Notes under the pieces: generated by a model
Seen by the model: the letters and a program-made list of their open reading frames with translations, nothing else
Told to the model about the DNA's origin: nothing
Database searches by the model: none
Shown here: positions 6,794 through 14,494 of the stretch, piece by piece
Layout: every line of letters starts with the position of its first letter
How positions within the stretch are numbered: position 1 is the first letter of the stretch
Program-made: the position numbers and the translations under genes
Assembly (NCBI GenBank): GCA_944381215.1
Contig: CALWKF010000002.1
Span: 22,684 to 46,683 of the forward strand
Source: an uncultured Clostridia bacterium
Lineage (GTDB): Bacteria > Bacillota > Clostridia > Christensenellales > UBA1242
DNA: 24,000 nt
Direction: 5' to 3'

Positions 6794-7480
6794 TTAGTCT
6801 TTTTTCTCATCTACTTTAGTGGCAGTAGCCTCTTTTACAATATTTTCGGGTTCAGTCTCAACCAAAGGTTCTTCTGCATCCTTTGTAGATGCACTTTCCT
6901 CTACTTTTGTAGCGGTGGCCTCGATAATTACCTTATCTTGTCCATTTTTGTTAAATACTCGTTTATAATTAAGAACTATATACACAATTACACTAGCAAT
7001 GATTATAATCAAGCCAGCGTAGAGAATGTAGAGGTTCCACCCGTTCATCGACTTCGCAAAGAAGCAAAGCACAAGGCCTAATGTCATTACCGCGGTACCG
7101 AGTTTTCCTAAAAAGTTACTAGGAATCGTGATTTGCCTCTTAAACAAACACACCCCAGTAATAATTAATGCTAGGTCGATAGTAATCAAGGTCACGGTCA
7201 GCCATACTGGAATCACACCGACAACAGCAAAGGAAATGAGAGTTGCGGACTTTAATAATTTATCTGCAAGCGGGTCGAGCACTACCCCGTACTTCGTAAT
7301 TTGGTTTGTCTTTCGCGCGATCAGGCCATCTAGTGCATCAGTTAGACTTGCCACTAAAAACACGATTAATGCGCCAATGTGGTAGTCACTCGGCTCAAAG
7401 AAAAAAACAATCAAAAATACGGGCACTAATATAAGTCTAAAAAGAGAAAGCACGTTCGGAACATTCCAAAATTTATTCAT
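6794..7480 (-). CDS. pgsA: CDP-diacylglycerol--glycerol-3-phosphate 3-phosphatidyltransferase with an acidic repeat tail
   Basis: CDP-alcohol phosphatidyltransferase motif DALDGLIARKTNQITKYGVVLDPLADK and multiple TM segments. ATG 7480 (MNKFWNVPN) is preceded by GGTGGA; the track GTG at 7492 is an alternative start. The C-terminal ~55 aa are non-membrane and contain EATATKVEE and EATATKVDE. Confidence 0.85.
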   Translation of the reverse strand: MNKFWNVPNVLSLFRLILVPVFLIVFFFEPSDYHIGALIVFLVASLTDALDGLIARKTNQITKYGVVLDPLADKLLKSATLISFAVVGVIPVWLTVTLITIDLALIITGVCLFKRQITIPSNFLGKLGTAVMTLGLVLCFFAKSMNGWNLYILYAGLIIIIASVIVYIVLNYKRVFNKNGQDKVIIEATATKVEESASTKDAEEPLVETEPENIVKEATATKVDEKKD

Positions 7481-7616
7481 AAGATCCACCAACTTTTAAA
7501 TTTATTCTTTTGCAAATTAATATCATTATACCATATTAATTCAAAAAATCGAAATGATTTAACAAAAAAAATAAAATTGGAATATTATATCATAAATGTT
7601 CAATTAGGAGGAATGA

Positions 7617-8624
7617 ATGAGAAAAAGTTTATTTATGTTAGCACTTTTGCTCATACCTGCATTTATGTTTGCGGGTTGTGGTGAAACCGCTAGCAATACT
7701 AACAAAATCGTGCTTAGCGAAGTAACTCATAGTATTTTCTACGCACCTCTGTACATTGCTATGAACAATGGATATTTCACCGATGAAGGAATTGAAATTG
7801 AATTAGTAAACGGAAATGGTAGCAACAATGTTATGACTGCGCTCGTGTCTGGTAGTGCGGACATCGGGCTCGCTGGCCCAGAAACCGCCGTATACACAGC
7901 ACAACAAAGCGATGGTTCGAGCCCCAAAGTGTTTGGACAATTGACTGCCTGCGATGGCTCGTTCTTGGTGGGCCGTGAGGCTGACCCCGACTTTACCATA
8001 GAGGACCTACGCGGTAAAACCATTATCGCTGGTCGCCGTGGCGGTATGCCTGCAATGACGTTAGAGTATGCCCTTGCACAGCATGGGATGATTGCAGGGC
8101 GCGACTACACCCTAAACCTTGACTACGAATTTGGCATGGTGGCAACTGTGTTTGAATCTGGTATCGGCGACTACTGCACGATGTTTGAGCCCGTTGCAAG
8201 TGAATATGAGGCTGGAGGCCATGGCGCAATTGTCGCATCCATTGGTGAAATGGGTGGTTATGTCCCCTACACCGCTTTTATAGCAACTGAGGAATACTTG
8301 GATGAAAACTCGCTTATCGCAGAGCGTTTTTTAAGGGCTGTGTATCGTGGATACCTGTATTTAATGAACGCGCCAATTGATGATGTAGTAAAGGCGTTAG
8401 TCCCGCAGTTTGCTGATAGTAGCGAAACGGGTATTAAATCAGCCATTGAGAACTATAAGGAATTAGACGCGTTTGCCGAAAGCCCCGTAATGACCGAGGA
8501 TGGCTATAATCTGTTATGTAATATCATTAGGTCTGCTGGACAATTAGAGGGCAGTGTAGACTTCAATAGAGTAATAGATAACACTATCGCCCAAAAAGTC
8601 GTAAACTACTTCCAGTACGCTTAA
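7617..8624 (+). CDS. ABC transporter substrate-binding lipoprotein, NMT1/SsuA/ThiY-like (NitT/TauT family)
   Basis: Signal peptide with lipobox FMFAGC. NMT1/SsuA-like core (FYAPLYIAMNNGYFTDEGIEIELV, SGSADIGLAG). AGGAGG lies 6 nt before the ATG. Confidence 0.8.
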   Translation: MRKSLFMLALLLIPAFMFAGCGETASNTNKIVLSEVTHSIFYAPLYIAMNNGYFTDEGIEIELVNGNGSNNVMTALVSGSADIGLAGPETAVYTAQQSDGSSPKVFGQLTACDGSFLVGREADPDFTIEDLRGKTIIAGRRGGMPAMTLEYALAQHGMIAGRDYTLNLDYEFGMVATVFESGIGDYCTMFEPVASEYEAGGHGAIVASIGEMGGYVPYTAFIATEEYLDENSLIAERFLRAVYRGYLYLMNAPIDDVVKALVPQFADSSETGIKSAIENYKELDAFAESPVMTEDGYNLLCNIIRSAGQLEGSVDFNRVIDNTIAQKVVNYFQYA

Positions 8625-8647
8625 AATAATTATATTATAGAAGTTAA

Positions 8648-8684
8648 CTGCGCCCTAAAAGTAAATATTTAGGGTGTAGTTTTT
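8648..8684 (+). terminator. Rho-independent terminator or attenuator after the binding-protein gene
   Basis: 12-bp stem at 8648-8659 / 8668-8679 (two G.U pairs) with an 8-nt loop, followed immediately by TTTTT. Confidence 0.7.
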
Positions 8685-8721
8685 ATAATTTAAAGGCTTT
8701 TTGGATAATTTCTTCATTTAA

Positions 8722-8751
8722 GTAACATTTTTTTGCAAATCTCAATATAAT
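8722..8751 (+). promoter_or_regulatory. Possible internal promoter for the ATPase and permease genes
   Basis: GTAACA (8722-8727), 18 nt, then TATAAT (8746-8751), about 30 nt before the ATPase start. Confidence 0.3.
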
Positions 8752-8781
8752 GGCAATGTAAGTTGTAAACGGAAGGATAAA

Positions 8782-9546
8782 ATGTCAGGAAAACATTTGT
8801 TAGAACTCGAAAACATTTCGCTGAATTATCACACCCTCAAGGATGAGACGACAGCGATAAAAGACATCACGATGCATGTAGATACAAAAGAATTTATCTC
8901 TATCGTGGGTCCTAGTGGTTGTGGAAAAACTACCCTACTATCGATAATTGCTGGTATCCTAAAACCAAGCCACGGCAAAATTACCCTAAATGGTAGGCCA
9001 ATTGCAGAAACCAAGAATCAAATCGGATACATGTTCCAACGCGACCAGTTATTCGAATGGCGCACGGTGCTACAAAACGTTAGGCTTGGTTTAGAAATCA
9101 CCCACAACCGCGACCCTGAAAACGAAAAATATCTCAACGAGTTGTTAGACAAATATGGCCTTGGCGATTTTAGAGACAAGTACCCACACCACCTAAGTGG
9201 AGGTATGCGCCAGCGCGTTGCCCTTATCCGTACACTTGTACTGCGCCCTGAAATTTTACTACTTGATGAGCCTTTTGGTGCGCTAGACTATCAAACCCGC
9301 AGAACCGTGATTCAGGATGTAAGTAGCATCATCACCCGCGAGGAAAAAACTAGCATCCTGGTTACCCACGACCTTAGCGAAGCAGTAAGCCTGTCCGATA
9401 GGATAATCGTACTGTCAAAGCGACCCAGCATTGTAAAGGCAGAGTTCAAGACAAACTTACGAAAACTCGAAAACATCGAGGAACGCAAACGCACCGAGGA
9501 ATACAAACGAATCGTTGATGAAATTTGGAAGGAGTTAGAGAATTGA
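8782..9546 (+). CDS. ABC transporter ATP-binding protein (NitT/TauT family)
   Basis: Walker A GPSGCGKTT, Q-loop, signature LSGGMRQRVAL, Walker B LLLDEPFGALD, H-loop VTHD. Confidence 0.92.
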   Translation: MSGKHLLELENISLNYHTLKDETTAIKDITMHVDTKEFISIVGPSGCGKTTLLSIIAGILKPSHGKITLNGRPIAETKNQIGYMFQRDQLFEWRTVLQNVRLGLEITHNRDPENEKYLNELLDKYGLGDFRDKYPHHLSGGMRQRVALIRTLVLRPEILLLDEPFGALDYQTRRTVIQDVSSIITREEKTSILVTHDLSEAVSLSDRIIVLSKRPSIVKAEFKTNLRKLENIEERKRTEEYKRIVDEIWKELEN

Positions 9547-10355
9547 AACAGCACCCGAATTACTCACAAGAGCACAAGCGTTTTTTAGCCCGACACAAAC
9601 GAAAATCTGCGCTCATTCTGTGTAGTCAGTTAGGGCTCCTGGTATTCATCCTAGGCCTTTGGGAGTTACTCGCGCATTTTAATCTAATAAATACGCTAAT
9701 CATGAGTTCTCCCAGCCGAATTCTCGCAACAATAGGCTCACTCTATTCCTCTGGCGAACTGTTCTACCACATCGGCATCACCCTTTATGAGACTTTACTA
9801 GGCTTCGCCATTTCGATTATACTAGGTGGACTGATTGCAATTATTTTGTGGTGGAGCGATACACTACGAAAGATTTTAGACCCGTACATCGTGGTGCTAA
9901 ACTCCCTACCAAAAATTGCCCTAGGTCCAGTTGTCATTATTTGGTTTGGCGCGGGTATGCAGTCAATTGTGGTCATATGCGTGCTGATTACAATCATTAT
10001 CGCTGTGATTTCGATGCTAAACGCATTCCGCGAGGTCGATAAAGACAAAATCTTACTGATGCGTTCTATGGGGGCAAACAAGTTTCAAATTTTGACTAAA
10101 CTGATTCTTCCCGCAAGTTTACCTCAATTTGTTTCCGTACTGAAAATTAGTGTAGGTATGAGTTGGGTCGGCTCCATTATGGGCGAATATTTGGTCAGCA
10201 GCGCAGGGCTTGGCTACCTCATTGTTTACGGCAGTCAGGTATTTAGACTAGACCTTGTAATGGCTAGCACCCTAATACTATGTATACTAGCCTGCATTAT
10301 GTATCTAGCCGTTGCCTTGCTCGAAAAGTATGTCAACAAAAAGCGCGGTTTATAA
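9543..10355 (+). CDS. ABC transporter permease (NitT/TauT family)
   Basis: Six TM segments and an EAA-like loop (MRSMGANKFQILTKLILPASLP). The likely start is TTG 9543, with AAGGAG 8 nt upstream, overlapping the ATPase TGA as TTGA. The track start at 9525 is also a TTG. Confidence 0.85.
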   Translation: MKQHPNYSQEHKRFLARHKRKSALILCSQLGLLVFILGLWELLAHFNLINTLIMSSPSRILATIGSLYSSGELFYHIGITLYETLLGFAISIILGGLIAIILWWSDTLRKILDPYIVVLNSLPKIALGPVVIIWFGAGMQSIVVICVLITIIIAVISMLNAFREVDKDKILLMRSMGANKFQILTKLILPASLPQFVSVLKISVGMSWVGSIMGEYLVSSAGLGYLIVYGSQVFRLDLVMASTLILCILACIMYLAVALLEKYVNKKRGL

Positions 10356-10367
10356 CTTACCAAAAAG

Positions 10368-10403
10368 GGACTATCCTCACTCTTTGTGAAATAGTCCTTT
10401 TTT
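10368..10403. terminator. Bidirectional rho-independent terminator shared by the convergent permease and 82-aa ORF
   Basis: Stem GGACTAT (10368-10374) / ATAGTCC (10391-10397), flanked by AAAAA on the left and TTTTTT on the right. Confidence 0.65.
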
Positions 10404-10505
10404 GTATGTAAGGTAGATTTAAATTATCTTCCCTGCAATCACAACTTATAATACCTGTTTACAAATATAAAAAATAAATAACTTAGAAAATAATCAATTC
10501 ATTTG

Positions 10506-10754
10506 CTACTTTTTAAGTTGAGATTCGATTATTAGATTTTCATAAGATTTGGTAACTACCTTTTTTATGTACGCGTACCCAACACCAGCAGACACTGCCA
10601 CTACTCCAAGAGTACCAACAATCGCCTCAGCACCACCTAGCACACCATTTTCAAACGCTATATTTAGTGCCGTCATACCGCCACCTGCTACTGCAGCCAC
10701 CACAATACCACCTAATGTACATTTTCCCAAAAAATCGATACTAGCATCCTTCAT
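10506..10754 (-). CDS. Glycine-zipper-rich small hydrophobic protein (82 aa), function unknown
   Basis: MKDASIDFLGKCTLGGIVVAAVAGGGMTALNIAFENGVLGGAEAIVGTLGVVAVSAGVGYAYIKKVVTKSYENLIIESQLKK. GGGGGA SD lies 5-6 nt before the ATG. The ORF is monocistronic between long AT-rich spacers. Confidence 0.5.
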   Translation of the reverse strand: MKDASIDFLGKCTLGGIVVAAVAGGGMTALNIAFENGVLGGAEAIVGTLGVVAVSAGVGYAYIKKVVTKSYENLIIESQLKK

Positions 10755-10982
10755 TTATTTCCCCCACGTAAATTACTTTTGAGCACTCTAACCTAATTCC
10801 CAATTAACGGCCAGTATAAATTGCCACTAAGATAATAACTAAATAGTGGAATTATTTATTGTTCCCTAACTAATTTCGTTACTTATATATAATTTATAGA
10901 AGGTATCCATTCAATAATTAAAATTTGTTTAATTGTTTTACAAAAAATTAAGTATCAAGAAATTGTTAAAGAAAGTTATTAT

Positions 10983-11441
10983 TTAATTACTCTGCAAAAG
11001 TCCTTCAAGTCTGTCGCTTACTTCAACTGCATTTTCTGCGCTGTTTGTAACAATCAAAAGCGAGTCATACCCTGTTACACATCCTAATACAGAATTAAAG
11101 CCCAACTTATCTACAACATTAGCGACAGCCTCAGTAGTACCCTTGATAGTTTTTACTAAAACTTGGTTAAACACAGGAGTAATAGATAGCACAACATTTT
11201 TATAAATCTCGTTTGTCTTCGAACTCAAGTTCTTGTCCTCTTTCTCTACGAAAGCGTACTTGTACTTCTTATTCTCCCCTGGAATTTTAAAGAGGCACAG
11301 CTCCTTTATATCACGACTGATTGTAGCCTGTGTTACATTGAACCCAGCCTTTCTTAATGCTGAGACCAACTCATCCTGGGTCTCAATTTCATTTTTGTTA
11401 ATAATCTCAATAATCTTTGATTGGCGAACACTCCTTGCCAT
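10983..11441 (-). CDS. argR: Arginine repressor ArgR/AhrC
   Basis: RQSKIIEIINKNEIETQDELV, GFNVTQATISRDIKEL and a C-terminal oligomerisation/arginine-binding domain ending with GTIAGDDT-equivalent GCVTGYDS. Start moved to ATG 11441 (MARSVRQ), 9 nt after AGGAA. The track ATG at 11450 abuts the SD. Confidence 0.9.
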   Translation of the reverse strand: MARSVRQSKIIEIINKNEIETQDELVSALRKAGFNVTQATISRDIKELCLFKIPGENKKYKYAFVEKEDKNLSSKTNEIYKNVVLSITPVFNQVLVKTIKGTTEAVANVVDKLGFNSVLGCVTGYDSLLIVTNSAENAVEVSDRLEGLLQSN

Positions 11442-11474
11442 AGTATACATTTCCTTTCTTTTTTATTCAGCTAT

Positions 11475-11503
11475 ATTATACAACAAAATTTATAATTATG
11501 CAA
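11475..11503 (-). promoter_or_regulatory. Candidate argR promoter (TTGCAT-17-TATAAT)
   Basis: Minus strand reads TTGCAT (11503-11498), 17 nt, then TATAAT (11480-11475). The -35 box coincides with a TATGCAA half-site. Confidence 0.4.
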
Positions 11504-11575
11504 TACTATTTTGCATATTTATGCGTTTTTCTTGTTTATAATTATGCAAAATTAAAAATGTATATTTATGCAAGT
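11487..11575. promoter_or_regulatory. Tandem ARG-box-like operators (two 46-47-bp units)
   Basis: TTTATAATTATGCAA occurs at 11489 and 11535, and ATATTTATGC at 11515 and 11562. The 18-mers TTTGCATATTTATGCGTT (11510-11527) and AATGTATATTTATGCAAG (11557-11574) match the ARG-box consensus TNTGAATWWWWATTCANW at 15/18 and 14/18. There is also the palindrome TATGCAA-N7-TTGCATA at 11497-11517. Confidence 0.45.
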
Positions 11576-11628
11576 ATGGTTTTTGGCTTAAAATAGGGCC
11601 TTTTGAGGAGTAAATGTATAATTATACA

Positions 11629-12231
11629 TCACTTTTTTCGAGGCCTGTATACAACCATTAAAGTGCGTGAAACGGCCATAACTATGCTGACTGGGTCGTT
11701 TAATGCATAAGATTTACCTATAGCTTTGCCCAATATTGTAAGAGATGCAATCACTGAACTTATAATTATTGACAACAAAATATTGCTAAAATTTGGGAGC
11801 AGATTTATAATTATTACAGAAATTGCGACCCCACCTGCTCCACTTAAAATACTGCAAATATCACCTATTACGTCGGAGCAAACGCATGAGACTTTGTCAG
11901 CATTCTTTACTAGCTTCACTGCAACACTAGCACCGCGCACGCCCTTTTGTTGAAGCTCTAATAGTGGCTTTATATTACATGCGGTAATTGCAACACCGAT
12001 TAGGTCAAACAAGACGCTTGTCCCCACCAAAAGCATAATGAGAAAAAGCGCGAGTGCAAGACTTGCGTGTGACAAAGTAAGTTCCGAAATTAACGCAAAC
12101 AAAACAGAAAGGCACAGCGAAGTAAAGAAAATCTGCACCAGCCAAAGCCTGCTTGTGCGTGGCTTTGTCTTTAATGTAGTGACTGTTTCATCCTCGCTAT
12201 GCCGTTTTGAATTAAGAGTATTTTTATCCAC
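11629..12231 (-). CDS. Membrane protein resembling a stand-alone CNNM/DUF21 transmembrane domain (no CBS pair)
   Basis: 200 aa, about 4 TM. By eye, LFDLIGVAITACNIKPLLELQQKGVRGASVAVKLVKNADKVSCVCSDVIGDICSILSGAGG and GKAIGKSYALNDP parallel the DUF21 pattern (F..aE.A..s....l..L...G...A......l.....l....l.gi...). GTG start with a weak SD, so the start is uncertain. Confidence 0.45.
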   Translation of the reverse strand: MDKNTLNSKRHSEDETVTTLKTKPRTSRLWLVQIFFTSLCLSVLFALISELTLSHASLALALFLIMLLVGTSVLFDLIGVAITACNIKPLLELQQKGVRGASVAVKLVKNADKVSCVCSDVIGDICSILSGAGGVAISVIIINLLPNFSNILLSIIISSVIASLTILGKAIGKSYALNDPVSIVMAVSRTLMVVYRPRKK

Positions 12232-12264
12232 TCTATATTATATGGCCTAATTAAGCTAAATATG

Positions 12265-12471
12265 TTAGTTAAGTGGTTTCTCGACGAGTTTTCCTAACTC
12301 CTCGCGAAGCACCGTAATTTTACCCTTGCTTTCGTTTAGCACCTCGTAACACTTTTTAGTAATCTCGGCACCCTCTGTAAATAGTTTATTTACCTCATCG
12401 AGTTTTACGTTGCCACTCTCTAATGTAGCAACAATTTCTTCTAGTCTTTTTACTAATTCCTCAAATGTCAT
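12265..12471 (-). CDS. xseB: Exodeoxyribonuclease VII small subunit
   Basis: 68 aa. FEELVKRLEEIVATLESGNVKLDE is typical of XseB. Overlaps the xseA stop. Confidence 0.88.
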   Translation of the reverse strand: MTFEELVKRLEEIVATLESGNVKLDEVNKLFTEGAEITKKCYEVLNESKGKITVLREELGKLVEKPLN

Positions 12472-13657
12472 TTTTAACCTCCTTATCTACGACCTTACAA
12501 CCGACCGTGCCGTCAGTTAGATGTAATTTTACCGTATCGTTTAATTCAATATCTTTGACACTAGACACGACTTTTCCCGCGTTTTCTAGTTGAGCATAAC
12601 CCATTCTTAAAATACGCACAGGGTTTAGATTCTCTAATTTTTGCGCGATTAAATCAAAGCGATGCTGGACATTTTGTAACAACACAGCACTTGCATTACA
12701 CAGCCTTGAATTTAGGTTTGCGCAGTTTGCACTCTCCTGTTGCAAATATAGAATTGTGCTATTCTGGGCGCGAGTAATAAGGTTTGCCACCCTTTCCTCG
12801 TGATTACTAAAAAACTGGTCCACGAGCCTTAATAAACGCACCGCATTTAACTGCATGGTCTCAGTAAGTTTCGTGATGTTTACCGACACCAACTCTGCGG
12901 CAGCCGAGGGCGTGGGTGCCCGCACGTCGGCTACAAAGTCGGCAATTGTAAAGTCCGTTTCGTGCCCTACTGCACTAATAACGGGCTTATTTGCATTCGC
13001 AATTGCCATGGCGACAACTTCGGTATTAAAGGTCGCTAGGTCCTCGGCAGAGCCACCGCCACGCGCCACGATTATGACATCGACATCGGTTTTATCAAGT
13101 GCCTCGATACCTGCGACAACTGTACTCTCCGCACCGATTCCCTGCACCTTTGCGGGATACAGCACGATATCAAGTGTTGGGTTCCTGCGCGAAGTAATGT
13201 CTATAATGTCTTGAATTACTGCACCGGTTTCACTGGACACAACACCGATTCGGCGGATATTTTGAGGCAAAGGCTTTTTGCGGGCAGGGTCAAAAAGGCC
13301 TAATTTTTCGAGTTTGTTTTTCAGTTCCAAAAACTGCCTATACAGCACTCCCTCGCCATAGGGTTCGATTTTACTCACATTAAAGGAAAACCTACCACCC
13401 TTTACATAGTAGTTTGGCGAACCGCGGACAAGGACCATTTCACCTTCTTTTGCCATGTATTCGCCTACTCGTAGTCCAAACTTTACGCAGTTTAGCACCG
13501 CGCCCTCGTCCTTTATACTAAAATAGACATTATTCCCCGAGTACGACACGCCCGAGACCTCGCCGTAGAGTTGGATGTTTTGGAGCAACTCTTCCGCTAA
13601 AAAGATATTATGCACATATGTATTAAACTGGCTAACACTTATAACATTGTTACTCAT
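12461..13657 (-). CDS. xseA: Exodeoxyribonuclease VII large subunit
   Basis: 398 aa. N-terminal OB fold (ISVSQFNTYV...LYGEVSGVS) and catalytic core (RIGVVSSETGAVIQDI, ARGGGSAEDL, SAVGHETDFTIADFVAD). Confidence 0.92.
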   Translation of the reverse strand: MSNNVISVSQFNTYVHNIFLAEELLQNIQLYGEVSGVSYSGNNVYFSIKDEGAVLNCVKFGLRVGEYMAKEGEMVLVRGSPNYYVKGGRFSFNVSKIEPYGEGVLYRQFLELKNKLEKLGLFDPARKKPLPQNIRRIGVVSSETGAVIQDIIDITSRRNPTLDIVLYPAKVQGIGAESTVVAGIEALDKTDVDVIIVARGGGSAEDLATFNTEVVAMAIANANKPVISAVGHETDFTIADFVADVRAPTPSAAAELVSVNITKLTETMQLNAVRLLRLVDQFFSNHEERVANLITRAQNSTILYLQQESANCANLNSRLCNASAVLLQNVQHRFDLIAQKLENLNPVRILRMGYAQLENAGKVVSSVKDIELNDTVKLHLTDGTVGCKVVDKEVKNDI

Positions 13658-14057
13658 TATTCAATTCCTGATTGATTTTATTTAAAACGCTGTTGACAAA
13701 GCCCGCGCCCTTTGGCTCCGAATACTTTTTGGCTAGGTTTACAGCCTCGTTTATAGCAACACTTGCTGGGGTATCTTCAAACTTTAACTCGTATGTGGCA
13801 AGCAACAATACTACCAAGTCCGCCGTGTGCAATCTGTCTAGCGTGTAGCCCTGCACATTGCGTCCTACAAGATCGCGCAACTCCTCTAAATTATTTATTA
13901 CACCCGAAACTAACTGTTTGATAAAATCAAGGTCTTCCCGTGTTACAGGCTTGCCGTCTGCAACATCGAGAATTGTCTCATCGGTGCAGTCGATTTTTCT
14001 AAATTGGTTCGAGAATAGCACTAAGTATGCTAACTCTCTTGACGAAGTTCTACTCAT
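13650..14057 (-). CDS. nusB: Transcription antitermination factor NusB
   Basis: 135 aa. SRELAYLVLF, ATYELKF..DTPASVAINEAVNLAKKY and GFVNSVL. AAGGAG lies 5 nt before the ATG. Confidence 0.9.
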   Translation of the reverse strand: MSRTSSRELAYLVLFSNQFRKIDCTDETILDVADGKPVTREDLDFIKQLVSGVINNLEELRDLVGRNVQGYTLDRLHTADLVVLLLATYELKFEDTPASVAINEAVNLAKKYSEPKGAGFVNSVLNKINQELNNE

Positions 14058-14076
14058 AATTTCTCCTTAAATAGCC

Positions 14077-14102
14077 AAAAACCCCAAGGGTTTTGGGGTT
14101 TT
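14077..14102 (-). terminator. Terminator-like hairpin between asp23-like and nusB
   Basis: Minus-strand RNA reads AAAACCCCAA-AACCC-UUGGGGUUUUU. The core stem is CCCCAA/UUGGGG. It overlaps the asp23 stop and ends about 5 nt before the nusB SD. Confidence 0.5.
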
Positions 14103-14466
14103 ACTCAGGCTTTGCAAATGCAACACCTAGCACATGCACATTGATTGCCTTTACGGGCATTTCAGTCATTGCTATGATGTTATTCTTAATATTCTCTTGT
14201 ACACGACATGCAACATCGGCGACATTGTAGTTTGAATACACATTGAGGTATACATCGATAACCAAACTATCCTTCGTAGTCGTGACCTTTACGCCCTCGT
14301 AATAATTGCTACTAAAAATACGGCCAAACACAGACCCACCAAAGTTTGCGCACATCGAACTCACGCCACTAATTTCCTTTGATGCGATATTGATAATCGA
14401 TAGTAAAATTGCTTTGTTATAACTAACTCGCCCACGACTGCCACTATTCATTTGCTCGAAAGCCAT
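14101..14466 (-). CDS. Asp23/Gls24-family (alkaline shock) protein, YqhY-like
   Basis: ISGVSSM, GVKV...SLVIDVYLNV and VQENIKNNIIAMTEMPVKAINVHVLGV match the Asp23 family. Start set at ATG 14466 (AGGAGAG 6 nt upstream). Occupies the same position as B. subtilis yqhY, upstream of nusB. Confidence 0.82.
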   Translation of the reverse strand: MAFEQMNSGSRGRVSYNKAILLSIINIASKEISGVSSMCANFGGSVFGRIFSSNYYEGVKVTTTKDSLVIDVYLNVYSNYNVADVACRVQENIKNNIIAMTEMPVKAINVHVLGVAFAKPE

Positions 14467-14494
14467 TTTGCACTCTCCTAAATGTACTAAGTCT

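Noticed and set aside
7493-7616. Riboswitch or T-box leader upstream of the ABC importer (for example TPP for a ThiY-like binding protein)
   Set aside because: The spacer is only 124 bp, is very AT-rich and has no conserved riboswitch cores or stable stems. The same holds for the roughly 55-nt nifS leader at 22300-22354.
10506-10754. Double-glycine-leader bacteriocin interpretation of the 82-aa ORF (MKDASIDFLGKCTLGG / IVV..)
   Set aside because: The 16-aa putative leader lacks the conserved hydrophobic/Glu pattern of GG leaders. No C39-peptidase ABC exporter, immunity gene or regulatory genes are nearby. It is kept only as a generic glycine-zipper membrane peptide.
12232-12250. TATAAT 5 nt upstream of the GTG start of the DUF21-like gene, suggesting a leaderless mRNA
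   Set aside because: There is no -35 element at sensible spacing and the start is GTG rather than ATG. Co-transcription with xseB, 33 nt upstream, is simpler.
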